This document shows positions 13,873 through 27,900 of a stretch of DNA of 64,000 nt, piece after piece (the first letter of the stretch is position 1; each line of letters starts with the position of its first letter). This DNA comes from Lama guanicoe (taxonomy: Eukaryota). The DNA lies in the NCBI GenBank assembly GCA_013239625.1, contig MU054187.1, positions 12,866,974-12,930,973 of the forward strand. Reading direction: 5' to 3'. The notes under the pieces were generated by a model, which was not told the origin of the DNA, ran no database searches, and saw only the letters and a list, made by a program, of their open reading frames with translations. Both the position numbers and the translations under genes were made by a program.

Positions 13873-15044
13873 ACATAGAAACATTTTAATCAAAATAGAT
13901 TCAAAAATCAAGAGCATTTTAAAGGGCCTGAGTAGCGCTTTTAGGAATTAAAAAAAATCATTAAAATGTCTATGGAAAATGTGCTTTTGGAGTTGGTGTT
14001 CCTCTCACCTCACAATAGACAAGTATTCTGTTGCACAGACTTTGACAAAATACATCCTAAAGCTTCATCACCGCTAAGTCTTTGTATGAGTTTACAAATA
14101 ATGGCAAAAATGTCTTGGGAAATAAAGTTGTGTATTTTTTAAAAAAAATTAATGAAAAACTAGGATATCACGATTTTGATGGTGACCTATTAAAAACTTT
14201 AATTCCTCAAAGAATGGAGAATATTAAGATACCAAAATACCATTTCCTGTCCCAGAAGAGCCGTGTGATGTGTGCACCTGTACTAAATGCATCTGCGCCC
14301 ATGTTAGAAATGGTGGGTCTCTGCATTCTGACATCCTGAAACTGTCCCCACCGTGGGGCTGAGACCCCCATCCCCCGCCTTCTCCTACTTTTCAGAAGCC
14401 ATCTAGCTTTCTGTTTGTCTTCCTAAGAGCCTCATTTTAGGTTCTCATTTTTGCTTTCTATAGTTGGTTGTTTTTAGTTTCTGCATTCGTTACAAACCCA
14501 GACAATAAGAGACCTTGGGGGAGGGGGAGCACAAGGGGCCCCAGACCCATCGGAACAGCAGCAGCAGCAAAAGAGCAAAGCCCCAGTGGAAGAATCGAGA
14601 GACTCAGAGGACAAAAATGGAAGCTTTCTACAGTCTCAAGTGCCAAATATATTCCTAAAAATCCGAGTCTGGTGCTTCATGCACAGAGTGTGGAACACAC
14701 AGGAGTCCACGAGAAAATAAGTTTTTATTCCAGAAAGACTGAATGTGCTGAAAAAGTACTTTTGAAATAAACTTCCAAAAAGTATGTGGTAGCGTTTTAA
14801 AGAGTTCAAGTCATCACCGAATCCAAGTCTCGGCAGAGCACCCACACAGGGGCCACCACCGCCAGTTCAGCCAGTTCAGCATATTTTATGCAGTAATCTG
14901 TCCTGTTGAAGCTTGAAATGCCCAAAGGACCCCTAACCTGTTTGGGTGTCAGACTCGGGGCAGAAAGTACTCCTGGTAGATTCTGCACTCAACACCCATC
15001 CAAGCTGGCTGACAGGTGCCTTTGCTTAGAAAGGTGGTCATTTA

Positions 15045-15330
15045 CTCATTCATGTGTCTGATTACTCATTAAGGGGCAGCTATGTTCTGGGTACTGTTCT
15101 AGATGCTAAGGACACACCATGAACACAAAAATCCTTACCATCTTGGAATTCACATTCTAGTTGGGAGAGATACCCAAGCAAGAGAATATGCAAAATGTAC
15201 AATCTGTTAGATAGGGGTAAGTGCGAAGGAGAAAAAGACAGCAGGTGAGGGGAATATGCAGGCTGTGAAGGTGTCTGGGAGAGAGCTTTGCAGGCCAAGG
15301 GAAGAGCAAGTTCAAAGGCCCTGAGGCAGG
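15045..15330 (-). mobile_element. L2 3' fragment
   Basis: tcattcat...ctatgttctgggtactgttctagatgctaaggacaca...tggaattcacattctagttgggaga is the typical antisense L2 tail. Confidence 0.65.
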
Positions 15331-16939
15331 AGGGGAGGAGTCATGTGGGCCAGCAGGTGACAGCAGGAGCTGGCTTTGCCTTGAAAGCAGCATCAAGTGA
15401 TCGGTCCCTGCCCTCAAGGCACTTACAGCTTAGCAGGAAAGACAGAAGCTAATTAACTAACCACATATGTGATAAATTAATTGCAGTTGTGGGAAATGCC
15501 GCAGTCCCTTCCTGGAACCCAAAGGAATATCCTCTTGCTAAGTAGTGGAAATCTGTTTAGTCCAAGAGGGTTGCAGAGGTCCGAAAAGCGGAAATGATAT
15601 TTTGCTAGATCAGGAGGGACAGCCCGGCCCACCGTTCATGTTGCTGCCTTTGTGATGAAAGGACTCCAACAGAGATACGCAGTGGACGACAAGAGATGGT
15701 GCACATTCACCGAAGCTGTGGTAACAGAAGCAAAGCATAGCTCTTTGATCCTAGACTCTCAATGCTGGTCCTCTACTTCTGAATGGCTGTGGGTGGGAAC
15801 AGGGGAAGGAAGGCAAGCCAACCTTCTCTCTAGGAAATACCCCAGCCTTAGAGATGCAAAGGGACTCTGTGGGGTTATGAACAGATCCCAGAGGTGAGAG
15901 GGAAGGTTCCTAAATATAGTTTCTTTTACCCCGAAAATAAGAGATGTGAGAATTGGTGTGGGTGCTGGAAAGGGATCAAGAGGTGGGCAAAGAGTTATTT
16001 TTTGTTCGTGGCTCTCAAAAGGGGTGTCAGAACCAACATTTTTGTATAAAGGCTCTGTGTCAAGCCAATGCTAGAAGTATGTCATTAATACTTTCTTTAA
16101 CCAGATTTCACATATATTCACATCTCACAAAGAGATGCTAAGGAAGAGTGCTAGGCAAAGTTGTGGATGTCCTTTACTAAGAAAATGTCACGATTAACCC
16201 CATGAGCTATTGCCAAAGGGTTGGGCCACTGTTTCCCTCCCAAGATGAGTTTCTCCCTTTTCAGAAGTTCTAAAGCACCAGGGCTGCACCCCTCGCTGGC
16301 ACTCTATGACTAAAGAGCCTATACTGACGCTCCATATGCCTTGAAGAGCATCTTCCTCCTCCTCTCAAAGTCACGGCGAAAGACTTCAATAAGGGTCATT
16401 TCTTACAAGTCTGAGGAGTTCCTGCAGAGGCAGGCCCTGGGGTCTCTTACACAGACTCCCATCTCTTGTTGGGTTGAATTACTGTTACTTATGTTGAAGA
16501 CAAAATAGCATTTCACATTATAACCCATTTTATAGATACAAGTATGAAGACTCAGAAAAGTTAAATAACCGAACTGCCGAGATACCATACAGGTCTCTGA
16601 CTGCCGTTCACTGTTTCTTCCCAGCACCCCTCAATGCCACACAACGTGGACAACTGCCCACTCCACGTGGGGGCCAGGACCCAGGCCCTTTGTGGCTTGT
16701 CACTTGTTCTGAGTTTAGCGGACCCCAGCCTGCATCCTCCCCTTCGTCTGCCCCACTCCCACCTGCGTCCAGTGTTTGTCACCATGGTCCGTTTCTCCCC
16801 TCCCATCCTCCAGTACAAGCCCCAGCCCTTCCTCTCTCCACCAGGGCTTCAAATGATTGGCACTGCGGAGGGAAGCTCCAGGAGAGCCACGGTGGCAATC
16901 AGGCGTTTCCTGGGGTGGAGGGGTACAGAGCATGGCTGT

Positions 16940-17490
16940 AGGCAGTGCGAGCGGAGGTGCGGAGCGACTCTGACACGGCGTGTCCTAATAGGAGGCCCAG
17001 GCGCAAGGGTCTGGCCAGAGTCACGGTAGCTGAACGAGGGCAGCTGGGGAGGATCAGAGCGGCATGAAGCGGGCCCGCCAGGGCCAGCCTGCAAACTCTG
17101 TTCCACGCGACAGGCTTCTGTGATCGCCCTTCAATAAGCACCACAGACCAAGCGACCAGAGCTTACCCCGTTATGTTCCACGGCCTGTACTTCACCGACA
17201 GAGCTGGGAAACAAATAAAATTAGCAAGCTGCAGCCACCACTGGCCCTCAGCGCGCAGACATCTCAGCACCCGTGGGGCTGGGTTATAAAACGCTCCCAT
17301 GCACGGCTGCGGAAACCTGCCGACGCACAAAGCAGCCGAACGCCGGGCCTGGCGGTGCGAGCGCGAAGGCAGCCACCCCGGCTACACTCTCAAGGCCGAG
17401 CGGCCAAGGCATCGTCTCTCCCAGAGCTCCGGTTGCACTGTTATTCCGCCTTTTTGGTCCCCTCTGTCATTATTCTTGGCACGGCGACTC
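16940..17490. promoter_or_regulatory. Intronic CpG island-like segment
   Basis: About 40 CpGs by hand count in 16921-17460, GC-rich, against a CpG-depleted background. Confidence 0.6.
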
Positions 17491-18819
17491 ACACTGACCC
17501 TTTTCTGATCCATCATCCTCTCTGGCCTTTCAGGGCCGGGCCCCAGACATGCTCTTTTGGACCCAGCCCCGGGAATAACTCTGATTTTGTACGGGGGCTC
17601 ATATGCAAAACATTAAGTTATGGCAGAAGTTTTCTGCAAATATTTATCCTGCTTTGATACTGTAGTGGTTGTACACCCCCACCCCGCCCCCCAAAGCCTT
17701 TCACTTGGGCCATAATTATGTCAAAATACACCATATCATTCAGGTTTGCGGCGGGAAAATTAATAAAAAGAATTAAGGCAGTCACAACGGGTCGTCTTGT
17801 CTGTGCCAGGCCCAGTGACGTCACAGCCAGCACGTAAGGGCGCGAGGCCTCTGAACCTGACACTAGACCCATAAACTCCAAGTAAACCTGGAGTCTCCTT
17901 ATAAACAGAGACTCTTAGAAGACTGCGAGGCAGCCCGCGTGTTATGAAAGGGAACAATATAAAAATGTTACAGACCCATCTTTGGAGAAGTGAGTTACAT
18001 AAAGCCCCAGTTCTGCTGACTGGAGCTCTATTTGCTCCATTTCTCAAATTAACCATGAGAAAACTAACACCATACTGCCAACTAATTGTTTCAAGCCTTT
18101 CCTTTACAAAGTAAAGATGGAAGGAGAAATAGTCACCAGAGAAAGAATTATTTTCATTGTCTCCACATTCACGTGACTGCTGAGACCTACTGGAGTTGGC
18201 CAGCCCGAGGACAGGATCGGGGTGGGGGGGCTCTCAGTCCCCTCCTGTCTGTCACCAAGCAATTACACTTACTGCTCTGACCTCCCCTCCAAACATACAG
18301 ACACTGGCTTGTTAGCTCTACAAGTTACTAGAAAGAAGTTTTCCTTTTAGCCCTAAATATGAAAATGTTTAATTAGACAGGAGTATTTCCAGTACGTTAG
18401 AGACAATCCACACAAAGCTTTGTTTTGATAGCAGCACTTTAAAAAGAAAAAGGAAAAAAAAAGAGAGAGAAGCATCCCGCTGTGGATCTGCCCACACTAC
18501 CCTCTTTCTCAGAGAAAATCTACATTGTACAGAAGGCATCACAGGGTGTCCAGTGTTTGAGTGACAGAGGTTTTAAGGCAGTGATTTCCATGGCAGCTTT
18601 TGGAAATAACTCCTGACTGCCTAGATATTTGTATAACTTCACTGGAAAAACAAGGGGAAATGGGTCATCCCCAGAGAATCTCTGTGATTCAGAAGTTCTA
18701 GTAGGGGAAGGAGTGGTCAAACAAGCTAACTGGTGGGAAAGAGGTGCAGAATCCTGCTTCTAATTCGCTGACAATTAGATTCAGTGCGTCGATCTCTGTG
18801 GTTAAGAATTTCTGTGCGC

Positions 18820-18974
18820 ACTGTGTAGCACAGAGAACTATATTCAGTATCTTGTAATTACCTATAATGGAAAAGAATCTGAAAAAAACATATATAATAT
18901 AAATAACTGAATCACTGCTGTACACCTGAAACTAATACAACATTGTAAATCAACTATATTTCAATGAAAAAAAA
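18820..18974 (+). mobile_element. 5'-truncated L1 3' end (cetartiodactyl-type) with A tail
   Basis: ctgtgtagcacagagaactatattcagtatcttgtaattacctataatggaaaagaatctgaa...tgtacacctgaaactaatacaacattgtaaatcaactatatttcaat followed by an A tract. Confidence 0.8.
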
Positions 18975-21900
18975 GTCTGTCCATGAGGTAGTAAATTCGC
19001 AGAAACCACGGTTTTACTTGCCTGTTTCGCTCTGTAAAAAGGAGGCTGTCTAGTCAACGTGCTGTGTGTTTATACTTAGTGATGGGGAATAATACGCTTG
19101 CAGGGTACTTTCTAAAGGTGTGTCAAAACCCTCACTGCACTTTCAGATGGATGCAGGGAAGACCCACAGCCCTGCTGTGCCCCTGTGACCGTCTTGTTGG
19201 ACTGGCGACAAGCCTATGGCGTGGGCCACCCGGAAGGAGGGGTGTGTGGGTCGCAGCCCCAAGACTCTAGCGCTTGGAGGAAGCAGGTCCCGTCATGCCT
19301 GTCCGGGGCGCACCTGGTCACCCTTGCTTTCCCACCGCCAATGCTTCCTTGCAAAAGAAAGGGTGCAGATTACCCATGGCTAAGGCACAGGAGATCGAGA
19401 ACAAAGAGAGTTTTTGAAATCTGCCTCATTCTGTTTGACAGTTTGAGAAACACAAGTTAAGGAATTAAAATATACTTGGGCAAATTTATCTTTAAATCCC
19501 CACTTTGAAACTATCTACTCAGCACAGCATTGGTGCCAATGTGTGTTATAAGTCAATATTTAAATATCCCTATCTATTTAAATAGGAATCAGACGACACG
19601 ACTATAAACTACTAGGAAAAATAAAATTAAAACAGACTCTCAAATCTCAGAAACTGATGAGAGAATTTTAACATCTATTTTTGAGATTTGGTAATAAGAT
19701 GCAACGTGTGGAGACATATGCTGTTTCTAATTATTGTTTCTTACTTAGAAAAAAAGTATTTTAATATATTTAAAGTTATAATAACCTGTAGGAATTATCT
19801 AAACGCAAGAGATATTTTACTAGAATCATGTTTACGTTAGCTAGAAAATCTAGGTACCTGTATTCAAAACCCAAGTTTGAATTACAGCAGTTTCAACAAA
19901 GGTAAGATATTAATTAGCTCTTTCAATCTGATTCTGTGTAGATGAATATTCATAAAATATTTAGAGAATAAAATCTTTATTGAAGGTACCTGAAGATGGC
20001 ATAATAAGGCAAAAGATAAGTTAGAGTGCTTAAGCTATGTTTTGGTACATGTTCAAAATTGTAGTAATATTTAAGATCACTAAATAAAAAATTTATAGGA
20101 CTCTCAAGCTTCTTATAATAATTAAAGATGAAAACAAGATTTAAAACTCTTAATATTTTCTTATAATATTTATTCCTTTTAAAATGCACTCATTAAAAGT
20201 AAGATGTCATGAGAACACCACTGTACCATGTCGCTCAAAGAATCTGAAAGAAATTACACTAAGATAGTTCCTTCTTAGTGAGTGGTACAGTGTTAATAAA
20301 AAATTACTAGTTTCTCTCTCCTTGGAGTTCCTTTTTTTCTAACCATAAATACCTTCATTTACATGGTTATATGAATACATCTGTCTTTATTTACACTCTC
20401 AACTTAAGGGCGAGAAAAAGAAACGCTTATTAATGAAAGCCAGAAAGAATTGAAAGTAAGTTTTTAGAATAGAATGGGCTGATTTGAAATTGTTCAACAC
20501 TATGTCTGTAAAAGTAACAGATTTATTTAATTGATAATTATGGCAGATGTTATATCCGATCGAATATCAACACAATTTACTTTTAAAACAATGCAGTGAA
20601 TTAAAAAAAAAATACAATGAATAAGAAGTACCCAGTGAATGAAAAGGTATGCAGTGAATCCCTAGTATCTAATGCTACCAGATTTGTCTTTTATTAAGTT
20701 ATATTTCGTGCAATAGCACAATATATTTCAGGGCATTCTATACCCCTGCCACATGGTATTATACACAAAAAGCTTCAGCCCAAGTACATAACTTCACTTA
20801 TAATTCAGCTACTGTAAGAAGATATGGCATTTTACAAATTTGCACAGATATCAGTGAAAATGTTGCATAACTTTAAATACAAAATAGGGCAGTGCATTAG
20901 TGTTTAATAATGTGTCAAATTATATTATACAGTTATTCATTAAAATGTCAGACGTATTTTAATTGTGTCACCGAATTTAAAATAAAATAGTAAGACAAAA
21001 GATTAAAGGCTGACAATGTACAAAATAATAATTCAGAATCTTAAAAAAAAGGAAACTCAGCACATATCTAAACAAATGTTATTCTTTTGAATGTCAAGTC
21101 AGAACTACTCTTAAGAATAAGCCTTTGATTTACTACTGAACTGATTTCTCAGTTTTCCAAGGGTTTGCCCATTATTTTGCAAACGTAATTTGTCACTGGC
21201 CACAGTGTTCTTTGTAACTCCTGTTCCCTTTCTTTTAGATCTGTTATTCCTGCTGAGAGTATCTACCAGAGAAGAATTTTTCATAGTGACACCAACTCTA
21301 GCCTTGCTGTGAATAATCACATTCTCGTAAAAATCATTCTTTTTATTGCCAACCTGCTGCCCCAAAGCACAGAAACATACCCAAACCAGGAAACCTTTTA
21401 TCCTTTTCTGCCATCATTTTCTTTTAACCCTCATTGCCATTTGAAGAAAATGAATCACATACTAATTTATAAACAGAGCGTTTAGCTAGACATTTAAATT
21501 TACACAGAACATTTCCATTTTGATCCCATACAAACCAAGGAATTAAATCTGTAATATTAAATAGGTCCTATTTTAAGAGACCTTTTTTTCTGAAACAATT
21601 TTACACTCTAAAATTCAATATTTGCAACAAAAGTTCCAGTATATTACCATATCTTATTGATTCATCTTTTTTGAACTGCCAACCATACATCAATACAATT
21701 TTTAAAGAAATATTTCAACATAATTGGTTTTTGTAAGTGGCTCTTTTTTTTGTAAGGGTAGGGAGTGAAATTTGAAAGTTTAAAAGAGATCAATTAATTA
21801 ATTTTAGTTAACTTATACAGCCAGATGACTTGACAGTGGTCATAAATAATCAATTTTGTATAAAAGAATGTGTAGCTCAGAATAACATGTTTAGTTAACA

Positions 21901-24900
21901 AGTTAATAAAAATTCCCCAAGCCGATTTCCTCTGCCGTATAATTATTGCTGACTCCAGAGAGAAAAGTATGCAGAACCGGACACGGGCACTTTAAAAAAA
22001 AATAGGTTCCCTGTGAGCTTCAGGAAGGTTCCATCATCACCTTCCCTCACTGTCAGCCCCTTGTGGGGGAGTGAGGACCTCTGAGGGGGCACTTTCTTAC
22101 TTAAAACGCTCTCTCTTCTCTTCCAAGTATCGGTGGGTCTGAAATTCCACCCCCGAAGTCATCCCTTTTAAATCTTCTTTTATAAGACAAAGAATTCAGG
22201 TAAGGGTACATTACTTAAGCTCCACTACTTTGGTGTGAACTGTCCTATCTGATAAATTTCCCCCCGAAGGGCAGCTCTGGTGCGCCCCAAACCTCTGGGG
22301 GTCAATAGGGAAGCGGGGGCGAGTGGGTGCCTGAGAGGAAGACTAAGGAAATATTCTGTTCATACTCATTCTCACTCCTTAGAAAACCACCGCGACCCCT
22401 TTCCCCGTGAATTAACCATTTCAAGCAACCAATAATATGTTTTGGTAGTTCATATATTATTCAGGAAAATACTAGAAGATACACCACTAATAAGCATTAA
22501 CATTATCTGTGTTGTGTATCAGCTGTGGAAATACCTTTAGAAAACACACAGGGTGCGCATCCTGTATCCTTTCCTTTGTTATGTCACGTATTCAACTAAG
22601 GATGCCTGACCACCTATTTACAGACCAGGCGCTGAGCATACAAACATAAATGAGAAGCAGATATTGCCAGGAAGGCTTCGTGAACACAGGGAGGGGCTGC
22701 AGAGAGAGGGGACAAGTGAATGTCACGGTGATTTTCTCTCAGGGAAAGAACTAGAATTCTTGCAAAGCTATGGGAACAGAACGTGGGATTCCTCGTGCTT
22801 CTAGGGTTTCTCCTTGCAACCCAGCCGATGCGTTAATCACTGTCAAATACAGTTTTCTCAAAGTAGGTTTTGCTCTCCCAGGAAATACAATTTCCACTGG
22901 GAAGGATTCTCTTCTTGGGAGCAGGTAATACATTTCACTTCTATTTCTGTCTATCTGTTTCTGCCTTTTAACCAGGAGGTGATCAATAGATGCTTTGGAA
23001 AAATTAAATTGGAAACATTGAGTACATTCCAATGCGAACGGGCTTCTAGAATGAGCCTTCACTTTGCCCATCCAGTGGGAATCCCTCACTGCCCATCACA
23101 AGGATCACGTGCTCCTGGCTGGCTGGTCTCCATCAGCCTGGCCTTCACTCCACTCCCCTCTTTCACAAGACAACGCTGTGTCTATTGCTGGCTGGAAGAC
23201 CTTCACTCTCTTCCCTCTCCTGTCAAGGCAACATTTCTCTTTCAAGCTTTTATTGGGTTCTTTTTTTCCAACCCTGATGTCTGCTCTGGAACTCACTGTC
23301 TGAATAACAGAAGCAACATTGACTAAGAGCCTACTCCGTGTCAGGCACTTGTATTACATGCTATTTCCAATCCTCCCTTAAACTCTACATTTGATGGACA
23401 GGGAAATGAAGACTTACACAGATGACTTCAGTGCATCCCACCACGTAACACATTCTTTGAAGGAAGAGAGAACTTTTCTCTCTATTCATCTTCTAAATAG
23501 GACCCTAGATCTGCCTCTTCCTTTTCTATGTGGACCCAGCACATGGAGGATACTGAATGGAAAGTTCCAGATTGTGGGACTGACAGAATTGCATGTGAAA
23601 AGATGGATGACCCAAGCAGAAACTAACTGCTAACATGATTGCATTTTGTTGACACAGGGTTAAAAAGTGAGTAGTTTTATGAAAATAAATCTATTATTTT
23701 GTCTGAGTATAAAATGATACATACTCATGTAGAGAATTCATGCAAAACAAAAATACATAAAAGAAATAACCTTCAATTCCACCCCTCAGAAGTAACCACT
23801 GTTAAAATTCTTCTGTCATCCTTCCTAGTCCTATTCACTCACCTAATTAACCAAAGTTCCTCCTGGTTTTTATAGAGTTTAAATTTTAGTAGGGGATGCA
23901 AACCAAAAAAGCAGGACAAACTAGATCCATGTTTTGTAGCAATAATATGTAATAAAGATCTTTTTATATCAATGAGTCATCTATATTACCTTTTAAATTG
24001 CTGTATACTATTCCACATTATGCATGTCTCATATTTCTTTTAACCGAGCAATGACTGATGGTCTCCAGTATTTTCTTGGACTATTAAGTAGGGCAACAAC
24101 TGTCAACCTTCCTTACAATTCTATTTTAAGCATCTAAAATAATTGACCTTTAATTTATTAGTTTTTTATTTATTAACATTTTAAGCATCTTTGTACACAG
24201 CACAGTCACTGCTTAATAAATGTTTAAGTGAATGACTGTGGTGATGAACACGCTTGGATTCATGAGATTCATTTATCTCCTTAGGCTATGTTAATACTTC
24301 CCTTCACTGACATTTTTAATCACCCAGATCTCGGAGCCTTGTTCACTATTTACCTTCTGCTTAGAACACTCTTCTCTAAGGCCCACCCCACACAGCTCTG
24401 TTGATTCCTGTTAATCCTTTGTGGCAGTTTCAACGTCCCCTCATCTTTCTGAGCACTCCTCCTTACTCTGAGCTTACATGATTTTAAGGTCCTTGAGAAT
24501 AAGAATAGCTTCATCTTGTTTACTATCACTCTTAAAAAGTTTCACAAAATTCATGTTTCTTAACTCATATATAAAGTTTTAAATTTGCTCTTGGATTTTG
24601 GGAAGCCCTTATCAATTTCCTTAAGGCCTTCATCAGTTATGGGGTGACTTGGCTCACGACCATTTCAATAGGTACATGGTTGTAAGTACAGTGAATTATT
24701 CGTTTTTGCCGTTTAGAATTTAAGTAATGTCCCTTATATGTTAAAGAAAGTAAAGATTATAATTACTATTTTAAAAAGAGAAAATATTATTTCACCTCAC
24801 CTCTACACCTTCTTACTACACACATGCTAAAAACTACCTTTCAGCACTTAATTTTCTAAGCTACTTATTTTTGCTTAGTACAAACATCTTATCTGCAAGT

Positions 24901-27900
24901 CCAGTAGGACTACATGAACACGTGTTTAAAACAGTGCCCACCAATGAAAAGGGGTGCCATCTTGAGATTTAACTTATAACTTTTGGACAAAACATCAAAA
25001 CCCAAAGATGATTCCTAGTCCATTATTTCCGAAGGGGCAAACAAAAATCACAAAATAATGTCGATCAAAAACCAGCGTCTTCTCTGCTGGCCTCGGCCCT
25101 CTACCTGCTTTACAAAGGCGTAGCACGCAATTAGCCGCAAGAAGAATCCAGGCTTTGGAAAGCGTTTCCTTAGAAATGCTGTTCGCATACTGGACTGGCT
25201 GAGCCCAGATAGAGGCTCCATTGTAACTGCCCGAAACGGGAGAAAACTCCAGGGACTGCCACAGAAACACATTTTGGGGAAGCTGAAGTTACAGGCTTTC
25301 TCTTGCACTAGTCAATTTGAGGAAAAAAAAAAAATTCTTTCTCGACTGAGCAAACTTCCTATGAAGGTAACCGAGGAAAATCTGGCTTTAGAAAGTAGTG
25401 ACTCTCTCCTAGGTTGAAGATTAGTGAGCACCTGTCAAAATCAAGAATCTAAACAAAAAGGCTGTCATATGTGACTCCAACAGGTTAGCTTCTCAGGATT
25501 TTTAAATAAACTGACAGCTACCCAGCCGATTATGTGAAAACTGAAGCGACACTTCTATTCAGCAAGATGGGAAGGCATCCGGTATACTGAGGCCCACCTT
25601 GTGCCGGGGACTGGGCGGGGGCCCCCAATAACCTTATCTCCTGACTGCACCACACCCCGGGGCCATCTCTGAAACCCGCCAGGGTTGGTATGTCAAGGTC
25701 ACACATGAGTCGTAAGCGAGGCTCGAACTCAGGTCGCTGCATATCTCAGGCATTCACTCTTTCCTCAGACCATGTGGTCTCCCAGCTACTTCATTCACAG
25801 AACAAAGCCAATATTTTATAATAACCATACATGGGATATCACCTTTAAAAACTGTGACTCACTCTGTTGCACACCTGAAACTTACATAATAATGTACATC
25901 AATTAAGCCTCAATAAAAAACATCGTAAGAGACTAGGGTACAACCAGGAAGATACATTCATGGGCATGTGAATTATCAGCGTGCTAGAATGACCACTTTG
26001 CTTTTCATACGTTATTTCATTTTCTGAATCAGGGATCTTCAATATACTTTGAGATTTGGTGTTTCCAAACAAAAATCTCACACAGGGACCCCTGCTACAA
26101 GAGAGCTTTTCTTGTTCATTCAATATGTTCTTCCTGGGAAACCGTAACCAATTTCATGGGTGATGACTTCAAACTCCCGCTGCTGAGCTTCAGACCTGCT
26201 GCACTGCTGGAGTCCGCCTGCTGCTCAAAAAACTTCAAGCTCAACAGCAGAAAACCAAATTCAGCATCTTCCTTCCAAAGCCAGCTAAGTGTCCCGGGTT
26301 TTCTAGCTCTACCTTACTGCCCAAGCCAGAAACTAAGATTCTAACGTCTCAGTTCGCTGCATTGGATATCATCCCCCTTCCTCTCCAGATGACTTTCTTA
26401 AGAGCTTTCCCATCTGCCCCCATACTGTTCCCACAACCATACAAAACCCTGGTGACGTCTCACCTGCTGACACCTGTGACTTCCTGCTACAATTCATCTC
26501 CATAGCAACGCCAAATATCCTTTAATGGTTACCCTTGGCATTCAATATGACATTCAACCTCCTTAGCAGAGGGTGCAAAGCCTTTCACGATCAGGCTCTT
26601 GACTCCCTTTCTGTCCTCTTACCTCACAACTGCTCTGCAGGGGCTCTGTGCTTTCTGTCTACTCAAACTCTGTTCCTAAATGCCATGCTCTCTCATGCCA
26701 AGGTGACATCTGGGGGGAGCATTTCTCCTGCCCTCGCAGCCCTGCCACCTCTCCCCCCAGGCTGGGTTAGCCATCCTGCCTTTGGACCATACCAATGTCC
26801 TCAGGTGTCTCCATCACTGTGGAAATACACTGCAATATAGCTGTTCTTTTGCTTTTCTGTCTCCACCTCCCATCTTGGCTCTTTGAGGGTGGTGATCATG
26901 TTTCATCTCTTCTCCTCAGTGCCAAGCAGAGTGTCCAGAACGGAGTGAGTAGGAGTGCATTTATAGCACTGTAGTTTTTTCTCTGTTATGTAGATAGAGG
27001 CAGCTAAAATAATATTTTTGTCTACTCAACAATGACATGTGCACGTGTCTGTCATCTATCTGACAGCCTATCTACCTATCCACCTATCTCCAAACATTCC
27101 CAAAACAGATTTTAGGCTGCTTGAGCAACCACTGTTTGTAAGTCGCAGTGAGAAACAAAGCTAACGGATAATACACCAGAGGAAACGTGTTCCGTTACTG
27201 GGTCTGCTGTATTACAGCAGCGCGTGACGGCACCGAGATGCTGCTACTTCCTTTATAGAAACAGCCAGGTCACGGGACCCAGCTGGAGAGGTTTGTGCAG
27301 TGATATTTGGAAGAGGAAACCCCTGTTCCCACCTTAGCTTTACTATCACCTAACCAAGTGGCTTTGGGCAAAAATCACTTCAACTGGAGATAAGACTGAC
27401 TTCACAGTGTTGACAGAGAATCGAAGTCAGTGCTTTGGACTGACGTGAGAAGAGCTTGCCTAAAGCCTGCTGCCCACCCCCCCAACGTCACCTCCCACAC
27501 GGCAAGTCTCTGTCCCCTGCTGCAGACACCGCCAGCGAGCTCCACGAGCCATCCTTCCACACGCAAGGCTGGACGAGGACGAGGGAAGGAAAACAGACCA
27601 GCACAACCGAAGGCACACGTGTCCTTTCCACACGAAGCCAGCATCCTCGTTTTCTACGAAAGGACAGCACGGCACGGGGTGATGGAAGCAGGTACAGCAG
27701 CTATTTAACTGCTGAAAGCAAACCTCCCCTTGTGGAGCCGGGGGTGGGAGGAAGATGTGAACAAGGAAAGGAGAGGAGCGCTCTGTGATGTGTCTGCAAC
27801 TACTCGCATTTGCCAACTGAACACTGGCAGAGCTTTTGCTGGTGTCGTTTTTCTGGTATGATTTCTGTTGGAATTCTACACAGAAATTTTGGCAGCAAAC

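Noticed and set aside
22814..23326. Longest ORF in the track (170 aa, + strand) and other intronic ORFs
   Set aside because: Non-ATG start, no recognisable domain and no splice support; consistent with chance ORFs in intron.
24123..24190. 13-bp direct repeat ATTTTAAGCATCT around 42 bp of AT-rich sequence
   Set aside because: Possibly a tiny insertion or slippage product; low complexity and no identifiable element.
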